DNA of 64,000 nt, from assembly GCA_004431415.1 (NCBI GenBank), contig QPMI01000071.1:186001-250000 (forward strand), in the 5' to 3' direction. A program made the translations under genes and the position numbers. This DNA is from Cyanophora paradoxa CCMP329 (lineage: Eukaryota; Plantae; Glaucophyta). Positions 9,728 to 21,037 of the stretch are shown piece by piece (position 1 is the first letter of the stretch; every line of letters begins with the position of its first letter). The notes beneath the pieces were generated by a model, which had not been told where the DNA came from, searched no databases, and saw only the letters and a list, made by a program, of their open reading frames with translations.

Positions 9728-9899
9728 TGGTTTATTTTTATTTTTCATAGAGCATGCATAAGAAAGGCATGTATCTTGCATAGTGGGCGGGGCGCGAGTG
9801 GTTCCAGTACATTTCGATTGAGTTCGCAAGTTTGTGCAGGTGGGCATTTTCGGCAGCACAAACTTGCTTTAAAAAGAATAGATAAAGTGCAATTCGGTT

Positions 9900-10223
9900 T
9901 TAACTCTTACGAGTTTTACTATAACATTCTCGGCATTGATAGTAGAGACCATCCTTTGTGCTTTGTTTTTTATTATACTCGCTTGCAGGCTTTTCAATCT
10001 TGCAGTGCGAGCATACCTTCGATTGCACTTCGATTTTCGGACGCGTTTTTAACACGAAATGATAAAGGTAATTGTGATAGTCTCGGTCGCAGACTTTGCA
10101 TCTCCAATTTAAAGTAACATTCCCTGAGCTACGCTTTTGCAATGCATAACTCGATGCCGGTTTTACCTTATCGCAAACATTGCACCGCTTAGTCTCAGGT
10201 AGATTTACTTGATTGCTTGCCAT
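9900..10223 (-). CDS. Small Cys-rich protein with two C2C2 zinc-binding units
   Basis: KRCNVCDKVKPASSY...CKVC and KVCSHCKIEKPASEY...DGLYYQCREC. This repeat type is common in phage/NCLDV HNH-associated proteins; no nuclease domain is present here. Confidence 0.7.
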   Translation of the reverse strand: MASNQVNLPETKRCNVCDKVKPASSYALQKRSSGNVTLNWRCKVCDRDYHNYLYHFVLKTRPKIEVQSKVCSHCKIEKPASEYNKKQSTKDGLYYQCRECYSKTRKS

Positions 10224-10600
10224 TGTTACAGTATATTAACTGGAAGTCTTTAAGTGGGGATCACTTGTTTAATTGGTGGGGCTCACCTTGATTTTTCAAT
10301 TTGGGTAACTGAAAACAGTCCGGAAACGATCGGGAACATTTCGTAAAAATGAGGGTCTTACTGTCCTTACTGAGAGATCGGGGGAAAGTTAAAGGGCTTA
10401 CTGGGAATGGTAAGGAATTAGAAAAATGAAGAATGAAAGGGTTTCGTGATTGGTTTCAGTAAGGAAGGGTTAGATGTTTGAAAAATACAATGTGGCTCAG
10501 TGCGAATTTGTGATTTTGTGACTGAGATTCGTGATGCTGAAAATGTGCTTATTGAAAATGGTCGCGGGAAGGTCGCGCAATTGGTGGGGGCTACCCCCAT
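10224..10600. other. Non-coding terminus (candidate terminal inverted repeat) of the viral element
   Basis: AT-rich region without a convincing ORF, with repeated CTTACTG, ending in the hairpin TGGGGG-CTA-CCCCCA (10585-10599) at the composition switch. The partner TIR is not in the window. Confidence 0.45.
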
Positions 10601-10625
10601 GCGAGCGGGAGCCGCGGCCGCGGAC

Positions 10626-13600
10626 CAGCCCCGATGATCGCCCCGCTCGAGCCAGACGAGCCGGACTCCGACGCGGGCTGGGTCGGCGTCGACGTCGCAG
10701 GCGATGTCGAGCTCAAGGGGGCCCCAGTGGCGGGGCCCGACGGCGCGCTCGGCGAAGCCACCACCACGGATCCCTAAACATGTCACGATTACGAGCGCGA
10801 TCGCGAGATGCACACGAGCCCACGTTCAAGTTCTGTGAAAGCGCACGTTCGATGAGACGGTGACGGTCTGGTTCTCCTTCACCGTCGCAGCGGAGACTTG
10901 TGCACCGCTCAAGGTGCGCCCCCCCCACGGAGAGCGTGAGCGCTCCGGTTCCCGTGGTAGGCGCGACGAGCTGCACAAGCGCGCTGTAGATGTCCAGCGC
11001 GGTCGACTTGGCCGCAGCGGCGGATCCGGACGATCCCGAGAGCGTGTCAAAGAGCTGCAGCTGGATCTGCATAAACACGGACTGGACAGCCGAGCGAAGG
11101 GCCCTCCGCGATCCGGACGAACTCTGAACGCACGTGACCCCGCCCACCTGCAGCGCGTTCACGTTAATAATTCATGGCGCTTAAGCAAGATTTACTGAAA
11201 AAAATGTACCTGGACTTGACTATCTTCGATCTGCTTGCCGTTTGAATTTGAGCTCAGTTGCTTGCGCAGCTGGTTTGCTATTTCACTTTTGGCCTGCGCA
11301 CAAGAAGCTCGGTATATATATGTTCGATTCAAGGCGACTCTAGACGAAGGACATACTGAACCCGTGCCCTGCACTGCCGCTTGGCACTCGTCCATCGAAG
11401 TCATTGGGACGGAAAGGGACGCCTCGACGACCGTGACGCCCGAGACGGTGGACGATGCCGTCCCCGGCGTTGGTGTCGGCGGAGGTGCTGGCCTTGGGGT
11501 TGCTTGGGTCGGACTCGTGGGGCTCGCGGTCGCTGCAGGCGCTGCATGCGCATGTGCAGGCTTCACATTAAAAAGAGAGCAGAGGAGTGCGATCCAGATC
11601 CGATGAAAGAGCGTGCGCACGGGGTGGGGAGTTTGCGGGCCCAAATGACGGAGATGCAGATGGAGATGGAATCCAGAGCGGCGGCTCCCACGTGGGACTG
11701 ATGGCAGGGGCGGCGACAGCCGTGGGGCTGGCCGTCGCGATCGGAGATGGGAGCGTCGAGGGCGATTGCGTCGGCGTAGCAGACGGCGTCGACGTAGGAC
11801 GCGGTACGGCGATTCCGGTGGGCGAAGGACTAGGGCTGGCCGTGGGTAACGTTCCGTTGAGGTCGTAGACAGAAAGCGCTCTGCGGGCGATCGAGAGCCG
11901 ACACATGCATCAGCTATCGGCAGACCGATGGCCGGCAAAGCAGCTCATAACAACTTCGTCCATACTTCGTCCACGTGCGCCGCGCACCCGGGTGAGATCT
12001 CTTTTGCGCTTCCGCAGGTCTCGTTGGAGCCGTCGGGGCATGTCCAGTTGCACAGGGCGGAGGACCCCAGCCGCGTGATGGCGAGGTAATTGTTCGTCAC
12101 CACGCAAGCCGGCCCGTAGTTGCAGACTGAAATCGAGCCGAGATCCCATCCTTGGCCGTAGACAAACTGCTGCTCGCTCAGTGGCACCCCGAAGATTCCA
12201 CCCGAGACGCAGTAGGCGAAATTAGATTGCAGCTGTTGCTGCTGGCCGATCGCAAAATAGCGCGCTCTGCACGCGATTGCAAGACGTTAATAACGTTGAT
12301 ACCGCGAAAACCGGAGAGAAGAGACCAGAATCGCGAGCAAGCAAACCAAAGCTCGTGTGAACTGCCGCACCTCTGAAGTTTTGCCCAGGAAGCGCACTTG
12401 CTGACCAGGCTCGCCCTTTCCACCGCTGTAGCATTGAAGCGCACGTCTGGAAAGCGAACACTCCAATCCCGGTCATTAATGAAGCTCAGCTGCAGATCTC
12501 TGCTGACGAAGGGGTCCGAGATGATCGGCCGCTCGAAGCATCCGCGGAACTGGGCTTCCGGCGGGGCTGCGCACGCAAAGGCAACGAAGGCTTCAGAGGC
12601 ATGTGGAATGGATATCGCGTCGTCAGGGCCTTATCATTTGAAAAATATCATCGCATATACTTCGTGATTAGGGATTGCGCATGCACGTCACGGCGTGCAG
12701 CCCGACTGCAGCGGCACGGTAGGTGGGCTAAGGTGGCCCTTGCAATGCAAGCTTTAGCTAGTGCAGAGCTCGAGCACCCGTACTACGGTACCCCCACTGA
12801 CGTCGACCTTGATCTAGGCATATACATACATATATATAACTAAAGAGTGAGCGCTCCACGTGAACGCCACACGGTCGCACGCACCAGATACAGAGACGAT
12901 ATGAGAAACGGAAGCAGAGCCTCCTGCGTTGCTGAAGATTGCGGTGACATTGTACGCGGTGCCGAGCGAGAGACCGCGAACGTCGACCACGAATGTGTTT
13001 GTGTAGTAGGAATATGCCCAGCTTGCGGACCCACGCACGTTGTCAGTTGGGTAACGTGCGCGCGGAAGAACGACCTCGGACGGCGATCCGCTGCGCCCAG
13101 GCAGCAGCAGCACTTCGACAAAGTCGAACGGGCCGCTGTTCGCGATCGAAGGCTTGTAATCCCGCTGGAGACTGACGCGCAGCCCCGACCAGAACGAGGC
13201 CACGAGCAGCGGGGGATTGTCTGGGTCAGGAATCGGCGGAGCGAGTGATTGTGAATCGGCCATTGTCCGGTTGAGGTCAAAGACAGAAAGCGCTCTGCGG
13301 GCAAGCCGACACATGCATCAGCGATATCAATCGGCAGGCAGATGAGGAGCGGCAAAGCAGCTCATGATAAAAAAGTCCGCTATATTCGGGAGCCCACACT
13401 TTGTCCACCGCGCACCCGGGTGAGATCTCTTTTGTGCTTCCGCAGGTCTCGGTCGAGCCGTCGGGGCATGTCCAGTTGCACAGGGCGGAGGACCCCAGCC
13501 GCGTGATGGCGAGGTAATTGTTCGTCACCACGCAAGCCGGCCCGTAGTTGCAGACTGAAATCGAGCCGAGATCCCATCCTTGGCCGTAGACAAACTGCTG

Positions 13601-16600
13601 CTCGCTCAGTGGCACCCGAAGATTCCACCCGAGACGCAGTAGGCGAAATTAGATTGCAGCTGTTGCTGCTGGCCGATCGCAAAATAGCGCGCTCTGCACG
13701 CGATTGCAAGACGTTAATATTAATACCGGAGAGAAGAGACCAGAATCGCGAGCAAGCAAACCAAAGCTCGTGTGAACTGCCGCACCTCTGAAGTTTTGCC
13801 CAGGAAGCGCACTTGCTGACCAGGCTCGCCCTTTCCACCGCTGTAGCATTGAAGCGCACGTCTGGAAAGCGAACACTCCAATCCCGGTCATTAATGAAGC
13901 TCAGCTGCAGATCTCTGCTGACGAAGGGGTCCGAGATGATCGGCCGCTCGAAGCATCCGCGGAACTGGGCTTCCGGCGGGGCTGCGCACGCAAAGGCAAC
14001 GAAGGCTTCAGAGGCATGTGGAATGGATATCGCGTCGTCAGGGCCTTATCATTTGAAAAATATCATCGCATATACTTCGTGATTAGGGATTGCGCATGCA
14101 CGTCACGGCGTGCAGCCCGACTGCAGCGGCACGGTAGGTGGGCTAGGGTGGCCCTTGCAATGCAAGCTATAGCTGGTGCAGAGCTCGAGCACCCGTACTA
14201 CGGTACCCCCGCTGACGTCGACCTTGATCTAGGCATATATATACATACATATATATAACTAAAGAGTGAGCGCTCCACGTGAACGCCACACGGTCGCACG
14301 CACCAGATACAGAGACGATATGAGAAACGGAAGCAGAGCCTCCTGCGTTGCTGAAGATTGCGGTGACATTGTACGCGGTGCCGAGCGAGAGACCGCGAAC
14401 GTCGACCACGAATGTGTTTGTGTAGTAGGAATATGCCCAGCTTGCGGACCCACGCACGTTGTCAGTTGGGTAACGTGCGCGCGGAAGAACGACCTCGGAC
14501 GGCGATCCGCTGCGCCCAGGCAGCAGCAGCACTTCGACAAAGTCGAACGGGCCGCTGTTCGCTATCGAAGGCTTGTAATCCGCTGGAGACTGACGCGCAG
14601 CCCCGACCAGAACGAGGCCACGAGCAGCGGGGGATTGTCTGGGTCAGGAATCGGCGGAGCGAGTGATTGTGAATCGGCCATTGTCCGGTTGAGGTCGAAA
14701 ACAGAAAGCGCTCTGCGGGCAAGCCGACACATGCATATGCATCAGCGATATCAATCGGCAGGCAGATGAGGAGCGGCAAAGCAGCTCATGATAAAAAAGT
14801 CCGCTATATTCGGGAGCCCACACTTTGTCCACCGCGCACCCGGGTGAGATCTCTTTTGTGCTTCCGCAGGTCTCGGTCGAGCCGTCGGGGCATGTCCAGT
14901 TGCACAGGGCGGAGGACCCCAGCCGCGTGATGGCGAGGTAATTGTTCGTCACCACGCAAGCCGGCCCGTAGTTGCAGACTGAAATCGAGCCGAGATCCCA
15001 TCCTTGGCCGTAGACAAACTGCTGCTCGCTCAGTGGCACCCCGAAGATTCCACCCGAGACGCAGTAGGCGAAATTAGATTGCAGCTGTTGCTGCTGGCCG
15101 ATCGCAAAATAGCGCGCTCTGCACGCGATTGCAAGACGTTAATATTAATACCGGAGAGAAGAGACCAGAATCGCGAGCAAGCAAACCAAAGCTCGTGTGA
15201 ACTGCCGCACCTCTGAAGTTTTGCCCAGGAAGCGCACTTGCTGACCAGGCTCGCCCTTTCCACCGCTGTAGCATTGAAGCGCACGTCTGGAAAGCGAACA
15301 CTCCAATCCCGGTCATTAATGAAGCTCAGCTGCAGATCTCTGCTGACGAAGGGGTCCGAGATGATCGGCCGCTCGAAGCATCCGCGGAACTGGGCTTCCG
15401 GCGGGGCTGCGCACGCAAAGGCAACGAAGGCTTCAGAGGCATGTGGAATGGATATCGCGTCGTCAGGGCCTTATCATTTGAAAAATATCATCGCATATAC
15501 TTCGTGATTAGGGATTGCGCATGCACGTCACGGCGTGCAGCCCGACTGCAGCGGCACGGTAGGTGGGCTAGGGTGGCCCTTGCAATGCAAGCTATAGCTG
15601 GTGCAGAGCTCGAGCACCCGTACTACGGTACCCCGCTGACGTCGACCTTGATCTAGGCATATATATACATACATATATATAACTAAAGAGTGAGCGCTCC
15701 ACGTGAACGCCACACGGTCGCACGCACCAGATACAGAGACGATATGAGAAACGGAAGCAGAGCCTCCTGCGTTGCTGAAGATTGCGGTGACATTGTACGC
15801 GGTGCCGAGCGAGAGACCGCGAACGTCGACCACGAATGTGTTTGTGTAGTAGGAATATGCCCAGCTTGCGGACCCACGCACGTTGTCAGTTGGGTAACGT
15901 GCGCGCGGAAGAACGACCTCGGACGGCGATCCGCTGCGCCCAGGCAGCAGCAGCACTTCGACAAAGTCGAACGGGCCGCTGTTCGCTATCGAAGGCTTGT
16001 AATCCCGCTGGAGACTGACGCGCAGCCCCGACCAGAACGAGGCCACGAGCAGCGGGGGATTGTCTGGGTCAGGAATCGGCGGAGCGAGTGATTGTGAATC
16101 GGCCATTGTCCGGTTGAGGTCGAAAACAGAAAGCGCTCTGCGGGCAAGCCGACACATGCATATGCATCAGCGATATCAATCGGCAGGCAGATGAGGAGCG
16201 GCAAAGCAGCTCATGATAAAAAAGTCCGCTATATTCGGGAGCCCACACTTTGTCCACCGCGCACCCGGGTGAGATCTCTTTTGTGCTTCCGCAGGTCTCG
16301 GTCGAGCCGTCGGGGCATGTCCAGTTGCACAGGGCGGAGGACCCCAGCCGCGTGATGGCGAGGTAATTGTTCGTCACCACGCAAGCCGGCCCGTAGTTGC
16401 AGACTGAAATCGAGCCGAGATCCCATCCTTGGCCGTAGACAAACTGCTGCTCGCTCAGTGGCACCCGAAGATTCCACCCGAGACGCAGTAGGCGAAATTA
16501 GATTGCAGCTGTTGCTGCTGGCCGATCGCAAAATAGCGCGCTCTGCACGCGATTGCAAGACGTTAATATTAATACCGGAGAGAAGAGACCAGAATCGCGA

Positions 16601-19091
16601 GCAAGCAAACCAAAGCTCGTGTGAACTGCCGCACCTCTGAAGTTTTGCCCAGGAAGCGCACTTGCTGACCAGGCTCGCCCTTTCCACCGCTGTAGCATTG
16701 AAGCGCACGTCTGGAAAGCGAACACTCCAATCCCGGTCATTAATGAAGCTCAGCTGCAGATCTCTGCTGACGAAGGGGTCCGAGATGATCGGCCGCTCGA
16801 AGCATCCGCGGAACTGGGCTTCCGGCGGGGCTGCGCACGCAAAGGCAACGAAGGCTTCAGAGGCATGTGGAATGGATATCGCGTCGTCAGGGCCTTATCA
16901 TTTGAAAAATATCATCGCATATACTTCGTAATTAGGGATTGCGCATGCACGTCACGGCGTGCAGCCCGACTGCAGCGGCACGGTAGGTGGGCTAGGGTGG
17001 CCCTTGCAATGCAAGCTATAGCTGGTGCAGAGCTCGAGCACCCGTACTACGGTACCCCCGCTGACGTCGACCTTGATCTAGGCATATATATACATACATA
17101 TATATAACTAAAGAGTGAGCGCTCCACGTGAACGCCACACGGTCGCACGCACCAGATACAGAGACGATATGAGAAACGGAAGCAGAGCCTCCTGCGTTGC
17201 TGAAGATTGCGGTGACATTGTACGCGGTGCCGAGCGAGAGACCGCGAACGTCGACCACGAATGTGTTTGTGTAGTAGGAATATGCCCAGCTTGCGGACCC
17301 ACGCACGTTGTCAGTTGGGTAACGTGCGCGCGGAAGAACGACCTCGGACGGCGATCCGCTGCGCCCAGGCAGCAGCAGCACTTCGACAAAGTCGAACGGG
17401 CCGCTGTTCGCTATCGAAGGCTTGTAATCCCGCTGGAGACTGACGCGCAGCCCCGACCAGAACGAGGCCACGAGCAGCGGGGGATTGTCTGGGTCAGGAA
17501 TCGGCGGAGCGAGTGATTGTGAATCGGCCATTGTCCGGTTGAGGTCGAAAACAGAAAGCGCTCTGCGGGCAAGCCGACACATGCATATGCATCAGCGATA
17601 TCAATCGGCAGGCAGATGAGGAGCGGCAAAGCAGCTCATGATCAAAATAGTCCGCTATATTCGGGAGCCGACAGTTTTTCCACCGCGCACCCGGGTGAGA
17701 TCTCTTTTGCGCTTCCGCAGGTCTCGTTGGAGCCGTCGGGGCATGTCCAGTTGCACAGGGCGGAGGACCCCAGCCGCGTGATGGCGAGGTAATTGTTCGT
17801 CACCACGCAAGCCGGCCCGTAGTTGCAGACTGAAATCGAGCCGAGATCCCATCCTTGGCCGTAGACAAACTGCTGCTCGCTCAGTGGCACCCCGAAGATT
17901 CCACCCGAGACGCAGTAGGCGAAATTAGATTACAGCTGTTGCTGCTGGCCGATCGCAAAATAGCGCGCTCTGCACGCAATTACAAGACGTTAATAACGTT
18001 GATACCGCGAAAACCGGAGAGAAGAGACCAGAATCGCGAGCAAGCAAACCAAAGCTCGTGTGAACTGCCGCACCTCTGAAGTTTTGCCCAGGAAGCGCAC
18101 TTGCTGACCAGGCTCGCCCTTTCCACCGCTGTAGCATTGAAGCGCACGTCTGGAAAGCGAACACTCCAATCCCGGTCATTAATGAAGCTCAGCTGCAGAT
18201 CTCTGCTGACGAAGGGGTCCGAGATGATCGGCCGCTCGAAGCATCCGCGGAACTGGGCTTCCGGCGGGGCTGCGCACGCAAAGGCAACGAAGGCTTCAGA
18301 GGCATGTGGAATGGATATCGCGTCGTCAGGGCCTTATCATTTGAAAAATATCATCGCATATACTTCGTAATTAGGGATTGCGCATGCACGTCACGGCGTG
18401 CAGCCCGACTGCAGCGGCAGGGTAGGTGGCCCATGGCCAGTGGCATGCATATGGGGCTTGCAATGCAAGCTATAGCTAGTGCAGAGCTCGAGCACCCGTT
18501 CTACGGTACCCCCGCTGACGTCGACCTTGATCTAGGCATATATATATATATAACTAAACAGTGATCATGAGCGCTCGACGTGAACGCCACACGGTCGCAC
18601 GCACCAGATACAGAGACGATATGAGAAACGGAAGCAGAGCCTCCTGCGTTGCTGAAGATTGCGGTGACATTGTACGCGGTGCCGAGCGAGAGACCGCGAA
18701 CGTCGACCACGAATGTGTTTGTGTAGTAGGAATATGCCCAGCTTGCGGACCCACGCACGTTGTCAGTTGGGTAACGTGCGCGCGGAAGAACGACCTCGGA
18801 CGGCGATCCGCTGCGCCCAGGCAGCAGCAGCACTTCGACAAAGTCGAACGGGCCGCTGTTCGCGATCGACGGCTTGTAATCCCGCTGGAGACTGACGCGC
18901 AGCCCCGACCAGAACGAGGCCACGAGCAGCGGGGGATTGTCTGGGTCTGGGATGGGTGCTAGCACGAGCTGATCTGTTGATTGCGCAAGTGCACCGCTGA
19001 AGGACAGGCACGCGTACGCAGCTGCAAGTAGGAAAAGCACATGTACATGAAGGGGGCCCGGGGCACCGGCATGCATAGTTCGCGATCGCAT
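10626..19091 (-). CDS. Multi-exon host surface glycoprotein: signal peptide, 5x(FN3-like + WSC), Pro/Ser/Thr mucin stalk, start of TM helix; 3' end cut off by the viral insertion
   Basis: N-terminus VLFLLAAAYACLSFSGALAQ and FN3-like VRGLSLGTAYNVTAIFSNAGGS. Spliced WSC-like pattern FRGCFE...CASWAKLQRARYFAIG...CNWTCPDGSNETCGS...LSVYD. P/S/T-rich exons at 11,380-11,860. The last visible exon ends ...SGSSGAIIGA(G) with a GT donor at 10,625. Not all exon boundaries are resolved. Confidence 0.75.
11856..18947. repeat. Five near-identical tandem copies of a ~1,425-bp exon+intron module
   Basis: The marker GACAAACTGCTGCTCGCTCAGTGGCACC recurs at ~12161, 13589, 15013, 16438 and 17864, and the same ORF set recurs five times in the track. 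Confidence 0.97.
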
Positions 19092-20151
19092 GGATGCTGA
19101 TAGCTGCTAGCTATAGGCTATAGCTATAGGATTCGAATTCTCGCGATTGGGATCGATGATTATAAACTACCGCGGCCGTAGTACAGTAACTGCGGGGCTG
19201 CAGCTGCGATCGATCGATGAACGCGAAGCTAAAGAAGCCTGCGCGTACGCGCACGCGTGCTGATCATGATCATGACCACGATATCCGATATCGATCGCCG
19301 AGTCGCCGTTGACTCGAGCTCGACGCCGAGTCGATCAACTTGCAAGTTGCAAGCTTAAGGAGCCGGCCCGGCGGTCCGGCGGCGGAGCGAGTCGGCGAGA
19401 TCCACGTGCACGCGTTCGCCAAGCAAGTCGAATTCCCGGAGTCCCGGATCGGAGTCCCGCGGGCCCGCGCAGGCCGCGCACTCAGTGACTGCGGGGCAGT
19501 ACCGTCACGGCGTAGTACTAATGCTGCCGGGGGCCGGGCAGTGCGGGCAGTCTGCGGCCGCCGGGCAGCTTCAAATTCCCGGAATCCCGGCGAGTTAAAA
19601 CGTTCCGGTCCGAAGTTCCGGCCCCTTCCGGGACTTCCCGGAGTCCGGCCCTCAGGGCCTCAGGGCCCAGGCCTCAGCCAGGCCCTCAGGGCCTTCCGGG
19701 CCCAACTTGCAACGTTAACTTTAACTTAGTACTACGGTAGTAAGTTGCAACTTGCAAGTTCCGGGATCCCGCGGGATCATCGGACTCGGGATTCAATGAT
19801 TCCCGCCCAATTGCAAGTGGCCCAGTGGGCCAAGTTAACTTAGTAACGTTACTAAGTTAACGTTAACGTTGCGGCGCCGCACTGCGGCAGCGGGCGCCGG
19901 GCCGCCGGGCCGGCGCCGGCCCCGGCGGCCCGCGCGCGCGCCCGCGGCAACGCGGGGCCGGCCCCGGCGCCGGCGGCTTGGTAACTTACTAGGCTTAGTA
20001 AGTTGCTAGTAGTAACTTGCTACTACTAGTCACTGAGTACCGTACTACCGGACCGTAGTACTACGGTACCGGTAGTAGGCGCCCGGCTCAGCCGCTCAGG
20101 CAGCCGAGTCAGGCAGCGACTCAGGCTAGGGCCGCAGGCCCGCAGCCCGGC

Positions 20152-20579
20152 CAGGGCTGTCAAAATTTTACCCCCCCAAAATTGACCAGAAAATTTTGAG
20201 GAATATTCCGGGAACGTTCCCGGAATATTCCACCATATATACAAAATCCTGGAAAATTCTCAATACCGTGCGTTGCGCACCGAAGACACACGTTCAAAGC
20301 TGCGAAGCACTAAGATAACATCACAATAAGCATTCTGAGAGACAGTATACAGCCTTCTGGAGCTTGGAGACGGAAATGCAAGGCCCGTGGTGGGCCGGGG
20401 TCAGAATCGAAGGGGGGGGGGAGGGGGCGCAGAAAAGGGATGAAAATGAATACAATAATCATTAAATTATATTCAATTTCCTAAAATTTTCCCCCTGCAA
20501 ACGGGACGCGAAAATTTTCCCAAAATTTTCTAATATTCCGGGAACGTTCCAGGCTGGAATATTCCGGCTGACAGCCCTG
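20152..20579. mobile_element. Non-autonomous hAT-type DNA transposon (MITE), 428 bp
   Basis: 11-bp TIRs CAGGGCTGTCA / TGACAGCCCTG, a perfect 8-bp TSD AGCCCGGC (20144-20151 and 20580-20587), and an AT-rich non-coding interior with subterminal AAAATTTT and GGAATATTCC motifs. Confidence 0.88.
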
Positions 20580-21037
20580 AGCCCGGCCGCGGCCGCTAGG
20601 CAGGCCGCAGGCTAAGGCAGCCCGGCCTAGGCTAAGTAGGCTTGCGAAGTTGGCATTGACTTAAGCTTGCCAAGTTGGCAACTTCCCCTTGGGCCTTGGC
20701 CGAGGCCCGAGGCTAGCTATAGCCGGGCGAGCCGTCTATAGAGCTAGCGGCTAGCGAACTCGAAGCTCGAAGGGGCCGGGTTTAATTTTGGACGGTCAAG
20801 GCCAGGCTAGGCACTGCGGCAAGCCGGCTTGCTCAGCGGCTAGCAGGCTATATAGCCCACAGCTAGTACTAACTACTACTAAGTAGTAAGTACTAGTAGT
20901 TACTAAGTTAGTACCGGCTCAAGCGGCTGAGCTCAGCTTGGCTAGGCGATTCAGAATCTGAGCTATTTCGAATTCATTGAGACTTAAATGGAAAAGTCCA
21001 AGGCCTCAAGCCAACCCGTTGAACTTTGGAAATTGTA

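Larger units (their letters stand above)
1..10600. mobile_element. Right arm of an integrated Polinton-like virus / virophage-class endogenous viral element (left part lies outside the window)
   Basis: Visibly AT-richer than the flank, with an abrupt shift to GC-rich intron-bearing DNA at ~10,600. ORFs are intronless and tightly packed (3-43 bp gaps between the first five). Gene content is a penton-like C-terminus, a lipase, fibre proteins with an S74 chaperone and a C2C2 Zn protein. MCP, pPolB, packaging ATPase and integrase are not visible, so the class is inferred. Confidence 0.75.

Noticed and set aside
1-10600. Bacterial prophage or contaminant contig
   Set aside because: The fibres are phage-like, but there are no consistent Shine-Dalgarno motifs, a penton-like gene is present, and the junction falls neatly inside a eukaryotic intron. 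A chimera cannot be fully excluded without reads.
11856-18947. CRISPR array or tandem transposon array
   Set aside because: The units are 1.4-kb exon/intron cassettes with no spacers, TIRs or transposase.
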